Shown here piece by piece: positions 1 through 8,375 of a stretch of 64,000 nucleotides of DNA; position 1 is the first letter of the stretch, and each line of letters opens with the position of its first letter. Origin of the DNA: Felis catus. Taxonomy: Eukaryota. Under the pieces are notes generated by a model. That model saw only the letters and a program-made list of their open reading frames with translations, was not told the DNA's origin and made no database searches. A program made the position numbers and the translations under genes. The stretch lies in contig NC_058381.1 of assembly GCF_018350175.1 (NCBI RefSeq), forward strand, positions 18,042,001 through 18,106,000. The letters are read 5' to 3'.

Positions 1-368
1 CAGCCCGCTCAGTTCCGGGCAGCCTCCGCATCCTCTGCTTCCTTCCTCTTGGTAGAGGGGTCTTGGCCCTCAGCCAGGGGCCTGGCTTGCCACCCAAAGG
101 GGAGGGGAGCCCTGCTTGCGAGCACAGAGCCGCTCTGTGCACCCCCTGGCACCCCCACAGGCCGGGCATTGTGCCTGCCCTCCAGGGCAAACACTGGCCT
201 CATTTGCAAACTGGCCTGGTGGGAGGGAAGGGGCCACCTTTGTGGGGGCACAGGATTCCACAGGACCGGGTTGACACTGGCCCCGAGCCAACTGGCTGCC
301 GGCAGCTCCAGCCTCCACCAAGGGCAAAAGCCTGTAACTGGGGCCTCTGCCTGGCACTGTGGACTCAC

Positions 369-3300
369 CTTGGCATAATCCAAAGGAAGTTGGTCCTCAG
401 GGCATTTGAAGACTCCTTCACTGTGAAGGGGGAGGGGACAGAGTCAGGCTCCAGCTATGGGAAAGGAGAACCCAGGTCCCACCCCTCAACCAGGGCAGCC
501 TCCCTCTCACTAGACCTGTCCTCAGCCAGAGGCCTGCAGGTACCCACTTGCCTAGCACCCCAGAAGATCCTAGCTCTTGTCCTGGGGAGAGGGTTGTGGG
601 CCCAGTGGAGACAGACAGCTGCCTCAGACAGCATTTGGCCAACAGGTGGCAGCTGGTACCCCTCCCCCCAGGAGGGCAGCTGGACTGGGAGAGGGACAGG
701 ACACCTGCCCTCCACCCTGTTAAGTTTTCGGCGGCAGGGGGTGAGTGCTGAGATGAAGTGCCAGGGCTGCCCGGCCCCCAGCAGGGATCTCGTCCCAGAA
801 CCCAGGGCAAAGGTCAGCTTGGGGCCACTTTACCCCATCCCTTCCCTCCTCCCGTGAGGGTGTGCCTCCTAAAGCAAGGAGGAGGAGAGGCTCACTCTAA
901 GTCACTGTTCACACTCCCATCCAGTCCTGACCACCTGCCTCTGCGAAGGGGCTGCGTGTTCCCATTTTGCAGATGAAAGAACCGAGACGGGGGGGGGGGG
1001 GGGGGGGGGGGTTAGCAGCGGCTGGACGTCAGTCTGACTCCCCGCCTCACACAGGTTCTACTACCCCACAGACACCGAGGAGAGGCTGGGGCGACAAAAA
1101 CCGCCCAAGCAAGCACAGCCAAGACTATGGTCACCGCAGGGCACACGCTGAAAGCTTTCTGACCCTGCACCAACGAATCCACTGACACGCCTTCTTCTAC
1201 CAACATGCCCTTGCTGACCCCAGCCAGGACCAGTCACACACACACCTGGCATGGCCTGAGCAGAGCGAGGGCTCACCCAGTAGGGCTGAAGGCCCTCAGG
1301 CGCGGCATTCCTGGCAGGTCTGAGTCAGGTAGGTGGGAGGCAGAGATCAAGGCAGAAGCGGAAGCCACATGGCAACCCTGTCCACGACAGAACTTTGTAG
1401 GACCTGGGCAGTCCGTGCCCCGGCTGCCCAAAGGATTTCTAGCACCCATCTCCCCTGACCCCCACTACCACCACCGGCCACGCCGCCAATACCAAGAACA
1501 ATACGTGTCCAGGCACCGAAGAGGTGTGCCCGTGCCCACAGGGCAACCAGCCTTCCTGGACCAACCTGAGTAATAGCCCCGGCAGGAATGGGGAAAGAGG
1601 GGGGTGGGCCATGGGGGAGGGGTCTGCTGGGCTGCTCCAGGAATGTGCTGATTTAGTGGTTTTGGAGACAGGGAGGGGACTAAGGCAAGTCCCCAGGCTT
1701 CAGGCAGAAGATTAGTCGGAGCAGCTTGGGGCCCCGCCAGGACAAAGGTTCTGCGGGGGCTATGGACACCCTTGCTTGTAGGATAAGGGGTGGTGGTGAG
1801 GGACAGAGCCTGCTCAACCACTTCTTTCCTTCGGGGGGCCTCAGCAGCATCGCTCAAGCTCTAGGGGAGGAGGCAGTGGAGGGGGGGTGGGTGGGGAAAG
1901 CAGGGGCCAAGACTGCTCCAGGCGGTGCAGTGGAGGCCCAGGCCCAGGGGAGAAAACAGGATGGGGGGAGGGGGCTGTGGGAGAGGAAGAGGGGATTTCC
2001 GGGAGGGGGAGGGGCAGAAGCTGGGGAGAGGGACAGAGGAGGTGGAGGGAAACGGCCTGACAGCCCCCTCCCAGGCAGTCGGGGTGGGTCAGCTGGGAGT
2101 GGGGGCAGGGGCTCAGCTGGCCTCATCTGGAAACCAGAGGGCCGGGGTAGGGCGCCGCGGAAGACAATGGGACTGTGTGTCTGTAGGGGAGTATGTGTGT
2201 ACACTGAAGGGAGGAGGGAGGACAGAGGAGGGTGAGGGAAAAGGAGGAGGGGGCAGCACAGCAGCTCTTGCAGGAGCATATGTGAGGGCAGGAGCCGGCC
2301 CGGGCTGCGGGGAACTGAAAACAAAGGGCCTGCTGAGATTTCCGCCAGCTAGGGGCTGCGGAGGGCTGAGAGAGGGAGGGGAGCAGCACTGAAGGCAGGA
2401 GCCCCAGGAGCGCTCCCTGCCTGCGCCCCTAGAACCCCTCAGCGAACAACCTCCAGACAGGCGGCAGTGGCTGACCTAGCTTTTCCCTGGGGAAAAGGGA
2501 GCACGACCTCTTCTTGGGGCACGACCTCCCCAGGAATGAGGGCTCCCTCGTCTTGCCTCCCTACACCTGACGTGAGCATTTCCCAGCAAAGGCGTTCGAT
2601 TCAGGACACCGCAGGGTGCCCAGAACTCAGCAAACGCCCCACGGGCCAAGGGGCCACCTGGTTCAGTAACACTCAGGGTGCGACCCCCTCCCTAACGATT
2701 TATAGACGCCCCGCGGTATTGAAGATCCCCAGGGGCAAGGAGGGACACCCAAGGGGTTCCACTGCTTCAGGGGCGATCTGTACCGTCACAGTCCTCCCAC
2801 TGTTGTGGGACCAAAAGCAGCCCGGGCTTAAAACCCAGTTAAGCCTTTAAGTAACTGTGTGATCGTGGGCAAGCCGCAGCCTTTTTTGAATCTCTCGTTT
2901 CATCATCTGTGAAATGGGAGAACAATAGCTGCCGTTCTCGAATTGTTAGAATCAGAAGAGGTTAGATGGGCGGAAACTCCGGAGGCTTAAGGTACTGCCC
3001 GGGACAGAGGGTTTTGTCCTCCTCTTCCCGTAAGGATTCAAAGTTCAAGGATGAGGCCGCTCCGGCTTTCAGGTGAGGGGGAGGGCCGGCCACGGGTCAG
3101 GAAGGGCGTCTTCTCCCACCTCCACCCCGCAGGCTGGCACGGAATTCTTCCGAACGGGCGCGGGCGCCAGTGGGCCCCGGGCCCCTTCGGATTAGTGCGT
3201 GGGGTCCTCCCTCGGGGCCTGACGTCACCGCCACCCCGTGACGTCACGGTGGGCGCCCCTGAGGTCACGGAGCCGCGGCGCAGACAAAGGCCCGGCATGT

Positions 3301-3522
3301 CTCCGGCCCGGGCCCCTCCCCATGCGTCGTCCCCCCTCGCCGTCGCCACCGGCCGCTCCCCGCTACCCCCGGCCCGCACCTGAGGAACTCCTGCAGGCAG
3401 GTGTCGCAGAAGCGGTGGCCGCAGGTAGAAACCTGCACAGGCTCGCGCATGGGCTTCCCGCACAGCGGACACAGCAGCCGCCGCTTGGGCTTCTCCAGGA
3501 ACTTGTAGTCGAAGCCGGGCAT
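369..3522 (-). CDS. TRAF4: TNF receptor-associated factor 4, partial: coding exons 1 (3380-3522) and 2 (369-420); gene continues past the left edge
   Basis: Exon 1 encodes MPGFDYKFLEKPKRRLLCPLCGKPMREPVQVSTCGHRFCDTCLQEFL(S), a RING, with donor AG|gtgcgg in phase 2. Exon 2 encodes (S)EGVFKCPEDQLPLDYAK with cag| acceptor and |gtgagt donor. Matches the TRAF4 N-terminus. Confidence 0.98.
637..655 (+). promoter_or_regulatory. Candidate CTCF site in TRAF4 intron 1
   Basis: ggCCAACAGGTGGCAGctg, one mismatch to the CCASYAGRKGGCRS core. Confidence 0.4.
1277..1449 (-). CDS. Candidate alternative first coding exon of TRAF4 (57 codons + 2 nt)
   Basis: gagATGG start at 1449 opens MGARNPLGSRGTDCPGPTKFCRGQGCHVASASALISASHLPDSDLPGMPRLRAFSPT, ending at donor TGG|gtgagc in phase 2, which joins exon 2 in frame. 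No transcript evidence available. Confidence 0.45.
2845..2965 (+). mobile_element. MIR fragment
   Basis: actgtgtgatcgtgggcaag...gtttcatcatctgtgaaatggg core. Confidence 0.65.
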
Positions 3523-4130
3523 GGCGGGCGGCAGGCACGGGCGAGCGGGGCCGGGCACGCGGCGGCCCCACAGCCCGCGCCTCGCTCCGGCCGCGCTCCC
3601 GGCTCCGGGCGGCGCCGACTGGCGGCCGCGGCCTGCGCCCAGCCCCCGAGCCCATGAGCCCGCCCGCCGGAAGAGGGGGTGGAGCCGCGCCCGCGCGGTC
3701 CTAGCGCCGGACACTCGCGCTCCCGCCCACCTCGCGGGCGCGCGGCTTGCGGGGTGGGCGGCTGACCGGCCTCGCGCCCTCCAACCGCGTACGGGCTCCT
3801 CTCTCCCCTTCGGAAGGGAGATCGCGGCTCCGCTTCTCCCCAGGGGCGGGAGGCCCTGAAGCTGGATGGGGCGGAGGGCCCCGGTGGCCGGACTGGGCCG
3901 CGCCACGATGGTTCCTTCTCCCGAGCGTATAGCTCCGTCTCCGGGGCCACGTGTCGCCTAGGGGCCCGGGACTCCAGCTTGCAGGTGCTAGGCAGCCGAA
4001 GCTTGGCAACCAGATCTGGGGAGCTCGGCTGGCGCGGGGAAGCCGTGCTGGGCGCTAGGCCAGAGGAACCTCGGCCCCAGCCTCAGGCTGCGCCTACATT
4101 CCTCCCCAGGCCGGACCGCGGCCCTGCCCA
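3040..4130. promoter_or_regulatory. TRAF4 promoter / exon 1 CpG island
   Basis: Very GC- and CpG-rich stretch spanning exon 1, with GC boxes and an E-box (cacgtg near 3948). Boundaries approximate. Confidence 0.85.
3220..3267. promoter_or_regulatory. CRE/ATF site cluster in TRAF4 intron 1
   Basis: TGACGTCA at 3220-3227 and 3239-3246, and TGAGGTCA at 3260-3267. Confidence 0.6.
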
Positions 4131-4193
4131 GCCCTGGGGTGTCGCCACCCCCAACCCTGAAGAGACCACATTCTAGGGCAGGCAGCTGATGTT

Positions 4194-4199
4194 TTTATT
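4194..4199 (-). terminator. NEK8 polyadenylation signal AATAAA
   Basis: tttatt on the + strand, about 740 nt downstream of the NEK8 stop codon. Confidence 0.65.
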
Positions 4200-4489
4200 G
4201 GCGCTATTTCCCAGTCATCTGGAAAACTGGTCTGGCCCAGCCAGCAACCCTTTCTCCCAACCTGCTTTGGGGGAAAGGCTGGGGTGTGGGGTGAGAGGCC
4301 ACCTTCAGCAGGGATTAGCTCCGCGGTAGACACTTTGGTACCCTTGGCAGATGCATTTCCAGTCGACAGGGGAGGAAGGAGCTCAGAAGTTGTGCTGATC
4401 CGTGCCTCAGGTTACCGAGTGGGGGGTAGGTGGCGAGACTCCCTGCAGGGCAGGCAATGAAGAAGCTAGGCTGCCAGAATGGCCGGTCC

Positions 4490-4509
4490 AGGCAGGACTG
4501 GGCTTGCCC
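4490..4509 (-). promoter_or_regulatory. Candidate p53 response element of TRAF4, lying in the NEK8 3' UTR
   Basis: Minus strand GGGCAAGCCC AGTCCTGCCT: one perfect RRRCWWGYYY half-site plus one imperfect half-site with no spacer, about 1 kb upstream of the TRAF4 ATG. TRAF4 is an established p53 target. Confidence 0.55.
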
Positions 4510-4937
4510 TGCCCCCAAGTAGAGCTGCTCTCGCAGGGGGCACCAGCGATTTATTTTCTAACTGGGCTGGGGGAAAGGGCACGATCTGCATGGAGCCACA
4601 GCCACCTCCAGCTTTTTTCTGCCAAGAGTCGGGAGACCACCCCGCTTCCCAAACTTAGGTCTGGTTTCCAGGTCTAGCCAGCCTGGTCCCTGGGGACACC
4701 AACTTAAGAGAAGAGGGGTGGGGAGAGAAAAGAGAGTTGTTGGGGGAACAGGGTGGGTTGAGGTTTTCATATCCGGGGCCAAAGGAGAGTTGGGCGCCTC
4801 ACTAGTTCTTCTACCGGGTTAATGACCAGCCAGGGGCTGGTGGGGACAGTCTTGCTGCAGGCATCCGCACGTTTCAAGAACGTTCAGAGGAGAAGCAACA
4901 GCAGGGTGGTCCAGGTCCAGAGGTGTATCTAGGTGCC

Positions 4938-7900
4938 TCAGGGTGGGATTGGCTCATCCGTAACCGCTGGAAGGTATGGAAACTTGCAGCGACCCAGAGG
5001 GCAGTGCCTCAGCAAGGGGTACCCACCTCGGCTCCCACTCCCACACATGGCCCTGGACTCTGGACCCTGATAGGCCAGAAACAGAGGTTCAAACTAAACT
5101 GGACTGGGGGTAGGAGGAGAAAGAAGGCCTTTGGGCCCTGGGAAGCACCGGAGCAGCCCTTCAACAAGGCCCAAGACGCAAACGCCCTTGCCCTCCCCAG
5201 GTAGGAAGCTGTTTTACCCGGCAACTTCTGCTTTCATTTACCTGGGGGCTTTTAGTGATTTGGGCTGTGACCACTGGGGATGGGGGCAGGAGCCGGGCCC
5301 AGCTGGATTAGTGGATGAAGTGGGAAAAGTTATAACAACTCACGGCGAACGGCCAGCAGAGTGTTTCCATGGCAACAGGACACAGACGTCACTGTGTAAG
5401 GGTGCGTCTCATCCAGCTGCACTGGCCGAGGAAGTCCAGCATCCTCATCCCTTCTTCCCAGTCGACCTCGGGCCCCTTTGCCCCAAGAGTACACTTCGCC
5501 TTCTGCCAAACAGAATCCCAAGCAGGGAAGTAGGAGGAGGACACGGCTCAGCGAGCAGCTCTCCTCCCGGATTGCTGCACGGGCCCCATCACGATGTTCA
5601 GCAACCCTGAACGTGATAACCACGGACTGCCCACACCCTATCCGCCCCCACAGTGCCCACTAATCACCTGCCCCAATGGCTACAGTAAAGGCATCCCCAC
5701 AGGCCACCATCGCTGTCTTGATGTTCTGCAGGCCTCGGACTTGACAAGGTGCCCGGCTGACCCGGCGGGCATTGGTGCCCAACTGCCCATGCTGATTGCT
5801 GCCAAAAGTGTAGCAGTCACCAGAGGCTGTAGGGGAGGAAAAAGGGAAGGAAGGAAAGGGATGCCTCAAGTGAGATTCCAAGGAGGCCAGGAGAGTCCAC
5901 CCGCGGCCTCCCGTGCCCAGGTCCTACTCACCAGTGACGGCAGCTGAATGAGCAGTGCCCAGGTCCACACTCAGCAGGGGCTCCTGGTCCAGGGGTGCGG
6001 AACCTAGTGGTGTGAAGCTCAGGGCCTCCTCTACCTGCTGGTCGGGGGCAGGCTCCTCCCCCAGGGAGCAGTGGTCCAGGCCCAGTTTGTTGAACCTGAA
6101 GGTACAGGCCAAACCCAAGTGCAGCTGACACTTCGTATAGTCTCTCCTGCTCCCAGCAGTCTGGGCAAGAGCCCTGGTCACCAGGGCACAGATCCCACCC
6201 TGGGTTGAACCCAGCAGCACTCTCAGCGCCCCCTAGTTCTGCCCCTTGGTTGGTGGCAACGACATGTCTTGTTGCCTTAGCAGCCAGGGAGGGGAAGGGG
6301 ACAGGCTAGTCATCCCGGTGTACCTATTTACCTGTTACTCCCACAAGCCAGGGCTCGGCCAGGCACGGTGAGGATCATGGAGGAGTCAATGCCACATACA
6401 ACCCGCTGGGCTTCCTGTCCTGGGGGTATAGATACCTGCTGGGGACAGCTGTGGGACTCCCTGGTGCCCAGTCCTAGCCGGCCTACAATGAGAAACCAGG
6501 ATGGGGCTTGTTTGAGTTTTAGGGTCGGTGATGCCAGGATGAGGAGTCACAGAGAAGAGGTAACAGCGTGAGTGAAGGCTGTGCCCTCAGCCTGAAATGC
6601 CCATCCTTGGCCCCTCTGTGGTCAAAATCCTACTCCTCCTCAAGACCCCGTTCAGATGCCACCTCTGCCTTCTCCAGGAAACTCCCATGCCATTCCTTGG
6701 GTTCTCACATCTCTGGACCTTGGGAGGAGCCCTCACGCTGTCTGTCCTTTTTTTTTTTTTTTTTTAACGTTTATTTATTTTTAAGACAGAGAGAGACAGA
6801 GCATGAATGGGGGAGGGACAGAGAGAGAGAGAGGGAGACACAGAATCGGAAACAGGCTCCAGGCTCTGAGCCATCAGCCCAGAGCCCGACGCGGGGCTCG
6901 AACTCACGGAACGTGAGATCGTGACCTGAGCTGAAGTCAGACGCTTAACCGACTGAGCCACCCAGGCGCCCCTGTCTGTCCTTTGTCATAGGGAGACGTC
7001 ATCCCTTCCATTAGAATGAGTCTGCCAGGAGGACAGAAACCCCACGTAGGTCTTCTCTAGTTTCAAAGCCCAGCGGGACGTGTGACCCAGGGGGGGCCAC
7101 CAGAAGTATTGACTGATGAAAGAAATCTCCCCTGTTACAACATAAGCCCCTGAAGGAAGTGACTCTTGTTCAACTTGTCTCTGCACCCAGCCCAGGGGGC
7201 TCACAGATGTGCAGTAAAGTTTCATAAGTCAATAAATGAGTGGAATTGAAGAGAAAAGACGGAGAACGAGTCATGGGGTAGAAGGTGGGTATGAAGAGAA
7301 CAAATCATGGCCAGGGTACTGTGAGATGCAGCCAAGAGGCTAGAATGGGGTGGAGAGCTTACCACCGTCTCCGCGGCCCCACGCAAAGAGTTCTCGCTCT
7401 GTGGACAGGGCCAGCACGTGAGAGGCCCCACAGGCCACCTGCACCATCTCATAGCCCAGCAGCGCCTCCACAATGGTGGGCTAGAGAGGGAGGGGAAGCG
7501 AGAGAGACTGGGCAAGGGGCCTAGACTAGCTGCCTGGCCTCAGCATCCCACGTAAGGACGAAGTTGGAAGCGGCGAATTCTCACAAGACACGGCTGTCTC
7601 TTTAACTGCCCTCCCACCCCCACTGCAACCACTGGGGAAGGCCGGCCTTTCGGTACTTCCCCTGGTACTGCCTGGGACAGGTGCAGCCTGGGAGCTAGAG
7701 GGACCTAGCTGCTGGGGATCCCCTGCCCCCAACCTGGGTGTCAGCTCTCAAATGTGGGCTCCATGCCATCTCCCCACTTCCTCTTCTCCAAGGTATGTGC
7801 AACACCCACCTGGCTGATGTCATTGAGGCTGCCATGGCCTAGGCACCCGTTACTGCCGCTGCCAAAGGTCATGATGATACCTCGGTCTGGAGAGTGGGGG

Positions 7901-8344
7901 GTGGTGAGGAACGAGAAGGGAGAGAGAGGTTGGGCTGGTTTTCCAGATAAGCCAGTCCGTGGGTTGGAGGAGCAAGAAAAAGCTGGAAGAATGGGACAGG
8001 AGGTAGAAAAGGATAGGCAGAGGTGTCTCTTCTCAGATGTGTGAGTTGGGACAAGTGACAGTCTCTGAGCTTTATTTACTTTATTATTTTTTTTTTTTGA
8101 AGTTTATTTATTTTTGAGAGAAAGAGAGTGCGAGCTGGGGAGGGGCAGAGAGACAGGGAGAGAGACTCCCCATCAGGCTCTGTGCTCTGAGCGCAGCAGC
8201 AAGGTCTGTTGCCCTGATGCAAGGCTCCATCTCCCCAGTTGTAAGATCAAGACCTGAGCCCAGATCAACAGCCGGGCGCTTAACCAACTGAGCCACAGAG
8301 GCGCACCTCTCCTCTTTGAGCTTTTAAGATCTGAGCTTTCCAGG

Positions 8345-8375
<31 letters not shown>

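Noticed and set aside
1680-1850. 56-aa minus-strand ORF MLLRPPEGKKWLSRL...
   Set aside because: No donor links it to TRAF4 and there is no other support; at most a uORF of the candidate alternative exon.
9-2850. Many long ORFs on both strands in TRAF4 introns (63-857, 1726-2235, 1854-2324 and others)
   Set aside because: GC-rich, stop-poor sequence with low-complexity Gly/Pro/Arg products, often non-ATG starts, and no recognisable domain or splice support.
3038-4009. 200-aa ORFs overlapping TRAF4 exon 1, including an apparent N-extension from 3906
   Set aside because: CpG-island artefacts; the upstream start probably lies before the TSS and the recognised protein begins at 3522.
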